Origin: Candidatus Caldarchaeum sp.
GTDB taxonomy: Archaea; Thermoproteota; Nitrososphaeria_A; Caldarchaeales; Caldarchaeaceae
Assembly: GCA_038831915.1 (NCBI GenBank)
Contig: JAWBKB010000025.1
Span: forward strand, 1 to 19,001
DNA length: 19,001 nucleotides
Direction: 5' to 3'
The number at the start of each line of letters is the position of its first letter. Positions within the stretch are counted from its first letter, which is position 1. A model generated the notes under the pieces. That model did not search any database. It was given only the letters and a program-made list of their open reading frames with translations, and had not been told where the DNA came from. A program made the position numbers and the translations under genes. Below, piece by piece: positions 7,332 to 15,619 of this stretch.

Positions 7332-8398
7332 CTCTTCTCAACCACGAAAGAGTCGCTGGGCTTCCAGCAGATTGTAACGCTGTCACCGATTTTGATGTTC
7401 CTCAATATCTGGGGCTCGCGGACATGTATCGTCAACAACACCTCGGGAAGAACTCCGACCTTGACCACTCCGTACGGGCCCATAAACTGTTTATCTATGA
7501 CTGATGCGGAAAGCTTGTTTTCATAATCCGGCGAGTTGCCGATGACGATTCTCTCAGGCCTAATTGATAGGATGGCCTTTTTACCGATGACTCCGTTCGT
7601 CTGCGAAGGGTCGATGGTTATCGGCGGCAGTCCATTTGCGACGAAAATGTTCTCCCCTTCGACTGCGCCTTCGATGAGGTTTGTCTCGCCGATGAAGTCG
7701 GCGACGAATTTGTTCAATGGTTTTTCGTAGATTTCCTCGGGAGTGCCGACTTGAAGAACCATTCCACGGTCCATTACGGCTATTCTGTCGGACATGGCGA
7801 ACGCCTCCATCTGGTCATGAGTGACATAGATGAAAGTCGTTCCCACTCTTTTCTGAAGACGCTTCAGCTCAAGCTGCATTTTCTGCCGTATCTTTAAGTC
7901 GAGAGGTCCGAGAGGCTCGTCGAGAAGAAGAACTTTAGGCTCCAACACGAGCGAACGGGCGATTTCAACTCTCTGCCTTTCACCTCCGCTGAGTTGATGC
8001 GATTTTTTCCATGCATATTTTTCGAAAGGCATGTTCATCAGTTCTAAAATTTTCTTGACTCTTTCACGAATCTCGCCGCGTGAAAGACCCCGCATCTTCA
8101 ATCCGAAAGCGATGTTGTCGAAGACGTTGAGATGGGGGAAAATCGCGGTTCCCTGAAAAACAAGTCCAACACCTCTTTTGTTCGGCGGGATGTCGTCCAT
8201 GATTTTGCCGCCGATTTTTACGTTTCCTTCATCCTGGCGTTCAAGACCCGCGATTATCCTGAGGAGAGTTGTTTTGCCGCATCCGCTGGGCCCCAGCAAG
8301 GAGAAGAATTCGTTCTTGTTGATTGATAGAGTTACTCCGCGAAGTGCTTCGACGCCGTCGTAGCTTTTTCGAACGTTCAGGACTTCTACTTCGGCCAT
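7328..8398 (-). CDS. potA: ABC transporter ATP-binding protein, PotA-like
   Basis: Walker A GPSGCGKT, signature LSGGERQR, Walker B LLLDEP, YVTHDQ, FVADFIGETN, C-terminal TOBE-like RPERI. Confidence 0.95.
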   Translation of the reverse strand: MAEVEVLNVRKSYDGVEALRGVTLSINKNEFFSLLGPSGCGKTTLLRIIAGLERQDEGNVKIGGKIMDDIPPNKRGVGLVFQGTAIFPHLNVFDNIAFGLKMRGLSRGEIRERVKKILELMNMPFEKYAWKKSHQLSGGERQRVEIARSLVLEPKVLLLDEPLGPLDLKIRQKMQLELKRLQKRVGTTFIYVTHDQMEAFAMSDRIAVMDRGMVLQVGTPEEIYEKPLNKFVADFIGETNLIEGAVEGENIFVANGLPPITIDPSQTNGVIGKKAILSIRPERIVIGNSPDYENKLSASVIDKQFMGPYGVVKVGVLPEVLLTIHVREPQILRNIKIGDSVTICWKPSDSFVVEKR

Positions 8399-8452
8399 CG
8401 TATTCTTTGCCTCACCTTTCTATGAGCTTTACATAAATATTGTGAAACATGG

Positions 8453-9817
8453 TTATAGGATTTCTTCAACCCCTATGGGTGCGAATTTTTTCTTCAGCTT
8501 TGTCACCACGGCTTTCATGGCTTCCAGCGCTGTTTCGATGTCTTGTTGGGTGTGTTGCACCGAAACGGTCCACTGCTCGTCATAGCCTAAAGCCTGTGGG
8601 ATAACGCCGTTCGCTAGCATACCCATCACCCAGGCATACCATTTGCCGAAGTCGTTGAACTTGACGAATTCACGCCAGTTGGTTATCTTGTGAGGCGTGA
8701 AGTAGATGGTTCCGCTTGTGGCGATGTGCACGATGTTATACTCGATGCCGGCGTCCTGGAGAATGTCTCCGTATCCGTGTGCGAGGTCTTGGCTTAGGCT
8801 CTGGGCTTTTCGCAGATTTTCCTCTGTTAAAATCTTGGTCAAAGTCACGTAGGCCGCTGACACCGACAACGGGTTTGAGTTGAATGTTCCGCCGTGAGCG
8901 GTCTTGCCAGGGCCCACGACTTCGAAAATTTCCTTCCGCGCCATGACAGCTGAAAAAGGATAACCTCCTGCGATCGACTTCGCCGCGACCATTACATCGC
9001 CTTTAACACCGCACCATTCCTGAACACCTCGATAAAACTTTCCACTTGTCTTAACCTCGTCGAAAATCAGCAAGCAATTGTATTCATCCGCTATTTCCCG
9101 CAGTCCTTTGAGGAACTCGATGTCCGGTATGACGACGCCCATGTTCATGGCGATTGGTTCGAGAATTATGCCTGCGACCTGATTTCCATGTTGCTGCATG
9201 ATTTTTTCCACGGCGTCGTAATCTCCAAACGGCGCGGCCACCACGAGGTTTGCGAATTCTTCCGGCATACCCATACTCGCCGGAACTGAATTAGGTGTTT
9301 TAATGTGACCCGCCCTATAGATATTAGGCTTAACGCTCACCATCAACGGTTCATGCGTGCCGTGGAAACAACCTTCAAACTTGAGAATCTTCTTGCGGCC
9401 CGTGAAGGCCCGTGCCAGCCGAACCGCGAGCAAAGTCGCCTCCAACCCGGTGGTCGCAAACCTAACAATGTCATATCCAAACCTCGAAGTAAGAACTTTC
9501 GCGGTTTTGACAGATGTTTCGGATTCGAACCCGAAAATCGTGCCATTTTCGACCACTTTTCGCATCTCTTCGACGAGAATCGGATGAGCATGTCCGACAC
9601 CCAACGCTCCAAAAGCCATGTTAAAGTCGATGTATTCGTTTCCGTCAACATCCCATATCCGCGGCCCTTTACCAGACCGCATAAACAATGGATATGGGTC
9701 GAAAATCCTCCAGTTGCTATGAACACCGTATGGAGTCAGTTTTTTCGCATCCTCGTAGAGCTGAGAACTCCGTGATGTTTTGGACTTGAATTCCTCTAGG
9801 AATGATTCCTCAGACAT
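8453..9817 (-). CDS. Class III PLP-dependent aminotransferase (glutamate-1-semialdehyde aminomutase-like, substrate unknown)
   Basis: WDVDGNEYIDF, GHAHP, TGLEAT, KFEGCFHG, IILEP, LIFDEVKT, PLP lysine in AAKSIAGGYP, HGGTFNSNP. ATG 9817 preferred over TTG 9829 from TATA spacing. Confidence 0.9.
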   Translation of the reverse strand: MSEESFLEEFKSKTSRSSQLYEDAKKLTPYGVHSNWRIFDPYPLFMRSGKGPRIWDVDGNEYIDFNMAFGALGVGHAHPILVEEMRKVVENGTIFGFESETSVKTAKVLTSRFGYDIVRFATTGLEATLLAVRLARAFTGRKKILKFEGCFHGTHEPLMVSVKPNIYRAGHIKTPNSVPASMGMPEEFANLVVAAPFGDYDAVEKIMQQHGNQVAGIILEPIAMNMGVVIPDIEFLKGLREIADEYNCLLIFDEVKTSGKFYRGVQEWCGVKGDVMVAAKSIAGGYPFSAVMARKEIFEVVGPGKTAHGGTFNSNPLSVSAAYVTLTKILTEENLRKAQSLSQDLAHGYGDILQDAGIEYNIVHIATSGTIYFTPHKITNWREFVKFNDFGKWYAWVMGMLANGVIPQALGYDEQWTVSVQHTQQDIETALEAMKAVVTKLKKKFAPIGVEEIL

Positions 9818-9846
9818 ACTTTTGAACAATCAATACTAAAAATATA

Positions 9847-9854
9847 GATATAAA
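9847..9854 (-). promoter_or_regulatory. TATA box (TTTATATC) for the aminotransferase
   Basis: Minus-strand TTTATA 32-37 bp upstream of ATG 9817. Confidence 0.55.
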
Positions 9855-10056
9855 GCTATTCCTACATCATACGCCGGTTTTCGGCTAGCATATCCAGGTT
9901 TCGCAAACAATTTGTGTAAGCGAACTTAGACGTGTGACGACATGCTGTAAATAGAAACGTGATGTCAAGAATGTTTGGATAGCAACTTAACAAGCCACGT
10001 CTTTGGGCGAGGATTTGGTTACGCATAAATTCACGCTATGGTTTGTATATGTCGGG

Positions 10057-10359
10057 ATGACGGTTCGCGTCAATTTCTATTCGAGTTATCTGAAGGAGGC
10101 CTCGGGAACCGAAAGCATTCATATCTCAGAGGAGCCCAAAACTGTGGGAGAATTACTCGACCTTCTCGCCGCAAAGCTCGGAGCGAAATTCGAAGAACGC
10201 GTTTACGACTCGAAACAGAAGGTGCTGAAAAGAGCGGTTGTCCTTCTCGTTAACGGCCACAGTGTAAAGATGCTGCAGGGCATGGATACTCCTCTTACAT
10301 CGGGTGACAACGTAACAATCGACACCGTAGAGATAGTGGAAATAGTGGGCGGCGGATAA
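10057..10359 (+). CDS. MoaD/ThiS/SAMP-family ubiquitin-like sulfur carrier protein
   Basis: Beta-grasp pattern MTVRVNFYSSYLKEASG..TVGELLDLL..VLLVNG..GMDTPLTSGDNVTI with C-terminal GGG. ATG 10057 matches the family N-terminus better than TTG 10003. Confidence 0.88.
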   Translation: MTVRVNFYSSYLKEASGTESIHISEEPKTVGELLDLLAAKLGAKFEERVYDSKQKVLKRAVVLLVNGHSVKMLQGMDTPLTSGDNVTIDTVEIVEIVGGG

Positions 10360-10381
10360 AAAATAAGGAATGTTTATTTTT
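10359..10381. terminator. Candidate bidirectional terminator between convergent SAMP and Fe-S subunit genes
   Basis: AAAAATAA-(7 nt)-TTATTTTT inverted repeat giving a T-tract on each strand. Confidence 0.4.
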
Positions 10382-10835
10382 CTTTGGCCGCGTCGAGAAT
10401 CGCGTCGATTATCTGCCTGTAGCCCGTGCATCTGCAGAGAATGCCGTCAATCGCCTCGGCCACTCTTTTCCGGTAGAGGCCGTTTTCATGCTGTATCAAC
10501 CAATGGCCGGTCAAGACGAACGCGGCGGTGCATATTCCGCATTGAAGCGCTCCGTGTTTGATGAAGGATTTCTGAATGGGGCTGAGTGAGCCGTTTTTCG
10601 CAAGTCCTTCGATGGTCAGTATTTCGGCTCCGTCTACTTCGGGAGCGAGGACGAGACAGGATTTGACCGGGGCGTTGTTGACTAGAACGGTGCAGATGCC
10701 GCAGTCTCCTCTGTCACATCCATGCTTTGTTCCTTTGAGCTTTAGCTTTTCGCGGATAAGCCAAAGCAAAGTCCTGTTATCCTCGACCTCGACTTTTCTT
10801 TCAACACCGTTTACCTTCACGGTTATGCTACGCAA
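10374..10835 (-). CDS. Mo-hydroxylase small subunit, two [2Fe-2S] clusters (CoxS/CutS-like)
   Basis: GTKHGCDRGDCGICTV..KSCL; QCGICT; CRCTGY. TTG 10835 has GGAGG 9 nt upstream and overlaps the medium-subunit stop. Confidence 0.93.
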   Translation of the reverse strand: MRSITVKVNGVERKVEVEDNRTLLWLIREKLKLKGTKHGCDRGDCGICTVLVNNAPVKSCLVLAPEVDGAEILTIEGLAKNGSLSPIQKSFIKHGALQCGICTAAFVLTGHWLIQHENGLYRKRVAEAIDGILCRCTGYRQIIDAILDAAKEK

Positions 10836-11703
10836 CTGCCATCGCCTCCACACCAAGTAACTTGTTCAATGCGTTCCGCGTGAAAGTCTTCACAAGATGC
10901 AGCCGGTATTCTTTGCTCGCCCTAACGTCTGAAATGGGTGACACAGCTGACACCGCCAATTCAACAGCTTTGTTAATTTTATCACGGATGTCGCCGTCTT
11001 GTTTAAACACGTTTTCAGCATTTCTCGCCCTGACAGGGGTTGGTGCGACGCTCGCGTAGGCAAGCCTGACATCTCTTCCCCTGTCGGCGACCAAAGCCGC
11101 TACACCGACCAAAGCCAAATCTTCACTCCAAACTCGCATAGCCTTCATGTAGGTTCCCTTCGCGTCATGCGGAGGCTCGGGAAGCTTCACCGAAACAACA
11201 ATTTCCCACGGCTCCAACACCGTCTTCTTAACTCCGGCGAAGAACTGCTCAATGGGAATCTTTCTGCCGCCGCGTTTACTGGCTGTTTCAACCACGGCGT
11301 CGTACACCAACAACGCTGGAGCCGTATCTGCTGCGGGTGAAGCGGTGCAGATGTTACCCACCAACGTCGCACGCATACGGAGGATTTCATCAGCCACGGT
11401 TTTCACAGCCTCCCACAAAACAGGATATTTATTCAACACAGGCTCGTAGGAAAGAATCTGATGGTAGGTGACGGTCGCGCCTATCACTAGCCCGTTGCCC
11501 GGCTCATACTTTAGAACGTTCAATCCCTTAATCCGTTTGACGTCGATGACTGCTTTCGGGTGTTTCTTTTTTTCGCGTAAATCGACGATGAGGTCTGTGC
11601 CTCCTGCGAGGATTTTCGCTTCGCCGCCGTATTTCTCCAACAGGTCAAGAGCTTCTTCAAGTGTTTCAGGCGCGTAATACGTGAATTTCGGCAAATACAT
11701 CAC
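10828..11703 (-). CDS. Mo-hydroxylase medium subunit, FAD-binding (CoxM/CutM-like)
   Basis: FTYYAPETLEEAL, KILAGGTDL, IGATVT, RATLVGNICTASPAAD, PISDVRASKEYR. GTG 11703 or ATG 11700, with GGAGGTGA SD. Confidence 0.93.
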   Translation of the reverse strand: MMYLPKFTYYAPETLEEALDLLEKYGGEAKILAGGTDLIVDLREKKKHPKAVIDVKRIKGLNVLKYEPGNGLVIGATVTYHQILSYEPVLNKYPVLWEAVKTVADEILRMRATLVGNICTASPAADTAPALLVYDAVVETASKRGGRKIPIEQFFAGVKKTVLEPWEIVVSVKLPEPPHDAKGTYMKAMRVWSEDLALVGVAALVADRGRDVRLAYASVAPTPVRARNAENVFKQDGDIRDKINKAVELAVSAVSPISDVRASKEYRLHLVKTFTRNALNKLLGVEAMAVA

Positions 11704-14060
11704 TTCATCACCTCCATCACAATTTTCTCCTTCTTCGCCTGTATGTGGAGCCAGACGTTTTCAGGTGATATTGGCAGGTTTTTGATGTTGATTCCAAGGG
11801 CGTCGTAAAGTGCGTTTGCGATGGCTGTTTCGACCGACAGCATCGACAACTCTCCGATTCCACGTGCTCCATAGGGGCCGTCGAGCTGGGGGTTTTCTAT
11901 GATGATGGCTTCATGTTCTTCTGGGATGTCGCTTGCTCTCGCGATTTTGTAGTCGGTGAGGTTCGGGTTAAGCATTCGTCCCTGCTCATCATAGACATAT
12001 CCCTCTAAAACGCCGAGGCTCATCGACTGAAGAGCGCCTCCGTAAATCTGGCCGAGGACTAGCAAGGGGTTGATGGCTTTTCCTATGTCAAACGCGGAGA
12101 CAAGTTTCAGGACTTTTATCATTCCTGTGCCTGGGTCGACTTCGATTTCGACGGCGTGAGCTCCGAAAGTCCATTTCAACGCCGGATATCCCTGACCTGT
12201 TTCGGGGTCGAGGTATGTTAGCCGAGCCGCTGAATAAAAGCCGCGTCCGATGACCGGGCCGCCGACCACGTTGCCGTTAGGATACACGTAGCCGTTGACA
12301 ATTTGACGCAGCTCAAGCCCGACGTCAGGCCTTCCCTTCACATACACTTTTTCATCGGCCAACACCAAGTCGTCTTTGGAAACTCGGAGAACTTGCGAAG
12401 CGATTTCGAGTATTTGGTTTTTCGCGTCTCGTGCCGCGGCCTGAACCGCTCGACCGTCCATAAACAATCCTCGACTGGCTACGGTCTGCCAGGAATACGG
12501 CGAGACATCGGTGTGTCTGAATGGGACGACTTTGATTTTTTCAATCGGCAGCCCGAGTTCTTCCGCTGCGATTTGGGCGAGAGCTGTTTCAGCTCCTTGT
12601 CCTATTTCGGTTATTCCGAGCAATAGCTCAGCTGTTCCGTCTTCGTTGAATTTGATTACGGCTGCTGATGAAGCGTTGGGAGGCATGGCGGGAGCTTTCC
12701 ACAGCGCCGCGATTCCTTTACCACGAGGCTTGCCGGTCGGAGACACAGATTTCTTACCCCATTCAATTTTTGCAGCCACGGCCCTTATGCATTCGTCGAC
12801 TCTGCCCGCATCCTCTCTCAAAACCTCGCCCGTAGGAGTTGTTTTGCCGGGAAGCAACGCGTTCTTCAGCCGAATTTCAACCGGGTCCATCCCCAGCTCT
12901 CGTGCCAACAAATCCATTTGGCGCTCGATGGCCCAGAGAAATTCGAAATGACCGAAGCCGCGGAAAGCCGTTCCCCATGGATGATTTGTATAGACCGTGA
13001 GCGATTCTGTTTCGACGTTCGGCACATAGTAAGGCCCTGTGCATGAATAGCCGGCGGCACGGCCGACGTTCACGCCGTAGTCAGCGTATGCTCCCGCATC
13101 GTAGACGTAGAGAATTTTTTCAGCCATGATTTCGCCGGATTTCTTTGCGCCGGTTTTGATTTTCGCGTAAAGGCCCTGCCTCACCGGAGCCGTCATGAAC
13201 TGTTCTTCACGGGTCAGTTCCAGCCGCACGGGCCTGCCGCCAGCCATCTTCGACAGCATCACGACTAATGGCTCAAAGTTGATTCCAGCTTTTCCACCAA
13301 ATCCACCTCCAACGTAGGGCACGTAGACCGTGATGCGGTGCTCGGGAACGCCGAGCGAAACACTGAGAATATGCCGTACCGTGAAAGGTGATTGAGCCGA
13401 CGTCCACACCTTGATTTTTCCATCAGGCATGTATTGTCCGATGCTGATGTGTGTTTCGAGCGGAACATGTGAAACCTGAGGCATGCTGAATTCATTTTCC
13501 AACACCACGTCGCTTTGAGCGAAACCAGTCCGAATGTCGCCTTTCTTTAAGACGAACCTGCTGGCGATGTTAGTGCCTGCGACGGGATGGAAAGCAGGCG
13601 AATGAGCGTATTCTCCAAGCTCTTCATGAACCAACGGCGCCCCGTGCTTCAACGCTTCCCTAACGTCTAAAACGGCTGGCAAAGGCTGGTATTGGACGTC
13701 TATCAGCTCGACTGCTTCTTCCGCTTGTTCAGGTGTTTCAGCGACGACGGCTGCGACAGGTTCGCCGGTCCATCTCACTTTTTTACGAGCCAGTATGTTC
13801 CGGTCATTTACGTAGAGACCTACGCGGAAAGGAAAATCATCACCTACCGCAACAGCGACAACTCCCGGAGATTTCCGCGCCTTCGACGTGTTTATGGAGA
13901 GAATTTTGGCATGGGCGTACGGGCTGAGCAGAAGCTTGGCGTGAAGCATTCCGGGAAGCTCAATATCACCCGTATATTCCGCGACTCCGAGAATTTTCTC
14001 AAACGAATCAACTCGTGGAATGGGCTTCCCTACGTACCTAAAGTCAGCCCCGAAACTCAT
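11700..14060 (-). CDS. Xanthine dehydrogenase family molybdopterin-binding large subunit (heterocycle hydroxylase-like)
   Basis: VGKPIPRVD, VGGGFGGK, AFRGFG active-site loop, EIGQGAET, QTVASRG, DIGKAINP..GQIYGG, GPYGARGIGE. ATG 14060 preferred over 14069 from TATA spacing. Confidence 0.93.
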   Translation of the reverse strand: MSFGADFRYVGKPIPRVDSFEKILGVAEYTGDIELPGMLHAKLLLSPYAHAKILSINTSKARKSPGVVAVAVGDDFPFRVGLYVNDRNILARKKVRWTGEPVAAVVAETPEQAEEAVELIDVQYQPLPAVLDVREALKHGAPLVHEELGEYAHSPAFHPVAGTNIASRFVLKKGDIRTGFAQSDVVLENEFSMPQVSHVPLETHISIGQYMPDGKIKVWTSAQSPFTVRHILSVSLGVPEHRITVYVPYVGGGFGGKAGINFEPLVVMLSKMAGGRPVRLELTREEQFMTAPVRQGLYAKIKTGAKKSGEIMAEKILYVYDAGAYADYGVNVGRAAGYSCTGPYYVPNVETESLTVYTNHPWGTAFRGFGHFEFLWAIERQMDLLARELGMDPVEIRLKNALLPGKTTPTGEVLREDAGRVDECIRAVAAKIEWGKKSVSPTGKPRGKGIAALWKAPAMPPNASSAAVIKFNEDGTAELLLGITEIGQGAETALAQIAAEELGLPIEKIKVVPFRHTDVSPYSWQTVASRGLFMDGRAVQAAARDAKNQILEIASQVLRVSKDDLVLADEKVYVKGRPDVGLELRQIVNGYVYPNGNVVGGPVIGRGFYSAARLTYLDPETGQGYPALKWTFGAHAVEIEVDPGTGMIKVLKLVSAFDIGKAINPLLVLGQIYGGALQSMSLGVLEGYVYDEQGRMLNPNLTDYKIARASDIPEEHEAIIIENPQLDGPYGARGIGELSMLSVETAIANALYDALGINIKNLPISPENVWLHIQAKKEKIVMEVMK

Positions 14061-14066
14061 CACATA

Positions 14067-14093
14067 CATAATTTATGGCGCGTGGTTTAAAAA
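14067..14093 (-). promoter_or_regulatory. TATA box TTTTTAAA (14093-14086) and palindrome CATAATTTATG (14067-14077) upstream of the L/M/S operon
   Basis: TATA lies 26-33 bp upstream of ATG 14060; the palindrome lies between TATA and start. Confidence 0.5.
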
Positions 14094-14213
14094 CATAATC
14101 ATTTTGACGACGGCGAAACAACTATCACTAAATTATTTACTAAATTTGTGTTCACGAGCTTTATGCATCAGTTGAATAGGGTTAAAACCAGCGACCGCCA
14201 ACACATATTGCGC

Positions 14214-15611
14214 ATGACCTCTAATCCGGCGTTAAACAGGATTCAAATGCTTTTGGATGAAGGAAGTTTTCAGCAGATTTTTGCGGGAATTGAGCAGCAG
14301 GCCGCCGATGTTCCGAAAAAGCCCGGCGACGGTGTCTTCGCTGGTTTCGGCAAAATAGAGGTAAGGGATGTTGCGGTCGCTGCACACGACCCGACTTTCG
14401 CGGGAGGCTCTTTGGGTGAAGTTGGGTTGAGGAAGATGGCTAAGTTGTTCGAGTTAGCTGGTCGATTCGGTGTTCCCATCGTCGTATTAACCGATTCTTC
14501 GGGAGCACGCCTGCAGGAAGGAGCGCGGTCTCTCCTCGCCGTGGGCGAATTAGTGAAGGTGGCGAACTCAGTTCATGGAAAAATTCCGATAATCAACGTG
14601 ATTATCGGCGGCGGTGTCGGAGGAGCAGCTTTCACAGCTGAAGTCGGCCACATCGTCATCGGCGTGGCCAAAACCGGCTACATGTTTCTACACGGCCCCC
14701 GAGCAGTCAAGCACGCAACGGGACAAGACATATCCATCATGGAGCTCGGCTCGGTGAAATCTCTCGCCGAAACATCTGGTATGATAGACTTTCTTGTGGA
14801 AGATGAAGCCGAAGCCATCTCGCTTGTAAAAACAATCCTGACTTATCTGCCGTCTAACAGCAGGGAAGCTCCGCCGAAGCCTGGACGAGCCGTGAGGCTG
14901 CCGCGACCCGTTCAAGAAGAAACCGAAACCCGGAAGCTGATAGCGGAAATCGTCGACCCCGACAGCTTCCTCGAATTCAACGCCTTCTACGCACCCAACA
15001 TGATAACTGGCTTGGCCCGTGTCGACGGCACGGTTGTTGGAATTGTTGCCAACGAGCCGGCCAAAATGAACGGCTACATCGACGTCAAAGCATGCATCAA
15101 GCTTTCTCAGTTCGTCAACTTCTGCAACATCTTCAACATCCCAGTGCTAACGATTGTGGACACACCCGGGTTTGAGCCGGGCAAAACCGCCGAACACGAA
15201 GGAATAGTTAGGGAAGGCGCCGACGTCTACAGAGCCTATCTCAACGCATCGGTTCCAAAGATAACTTTATTGGCGGGCAAAGCATACGGCGGAGCATTCA
15301 TCGCGATGTGCAGCAAAGGCATCGGAGCGGACTATGTCATGGTGTTTCCTACGTCCGAGGCAGCTGTCCAACCTCTCGAAATTTCAGCTGAAATCCTTTA
15401 CCGCAAAGAGCTGGAGAAACTTTCGGGTGAAGAAAAAACAAAAGCGTTTACACAGTACGTGGAAAATTTGAGAAAGCTGGCACGTGGCGAGGCGTTGCTC
15501 AGCATAGGAGTCGCCGACGAAGTCATCAACCGCGACCAAGCGAGAAAAGCCGTTTCAGCAATTCTACAAAAGCTCTACGAAAACTACGTCCGTTTCCATC
15601 TCAAACATTAG
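14214..15611 (+). CDS. Acyl-CoA carboxylase carboxyltransferase (PccB/MmdA-like) subunit, divergent
   Basis: RIQMLLDEGSF, GDGV, GGSLGE, DSSGARLQEG, MFLHGP, YLPSN, GLARVDG..VGIVANEP, VDTPGFEPG, KAYGGAFIAMCSK. ATG 14214 preferred (TTAAAA at 14182-14187); track start is 14148. Confidence 0.9.
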   Translation: MTSNPALNRIQMLLDEGSFQQIFAGIEQQAADVPKKPGDGVFAGFGKIEVRDVAVAAHDPTFAGGSLGEVGLRKMAKLFELAGRFGVPIVVLTDSSGARLQEGARSLLAVGELVKVANSVHGKIPIINVIIGGGVGGAAFTAEVGHIVIGVAKTGYMFLHGPRAVKHATGQDISIMELGSVKSLAETSGMIDFLVEDEAEAISLVKTILTYLPSNSREAPPKPGRAVRLPRPVQEETETRKLIAEIVDPDSFLEFNAFYAPNMITGLARVDGTVVGIVANEPAKMNGYIDVKACIKLSQFVNFCNIFNIPVLTIVDTPGFEPGKTAEHEGIVREGADVYRAYLNASVPKITLLAGKAYGGAFIAMCSKGIGADYVMVFPTSEAAVQPLEISAEILYRKELEKLSGEEKTKAFTQYVENLRKLARGEALLSIGVADEVINRDQARKAVSAILQKLYENYVRFHLKH

Positions 15612-15619
15612 CCATTTTA

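Noticed and set aside
9518-9535. tRNA T-loop-like GGGTTCGAATCC on the minus strand (similar motif at 15984-15994 on plus)
   Set aside because: Both lie inside well-supported CDSs and no cloverleaf can be built.
8453-9817. hemL gene symbol
   Set aside because: Diagnostic motifs differ and there is no tetrapyrrole context.
9901-9970. Weak dyads (ACAATTTGT, TCGC..GCGA) and an ATGTCAA half-site in the aminotransferase-SAMP spacer
   Set aside because: Too short or imperfect to separate from chance without comparative data.
11088-11117. Direct repeat CGACCAAAGCC (two copies)
   Set aside because: Reflects the repeated peptide ALV in the FAD subunit.
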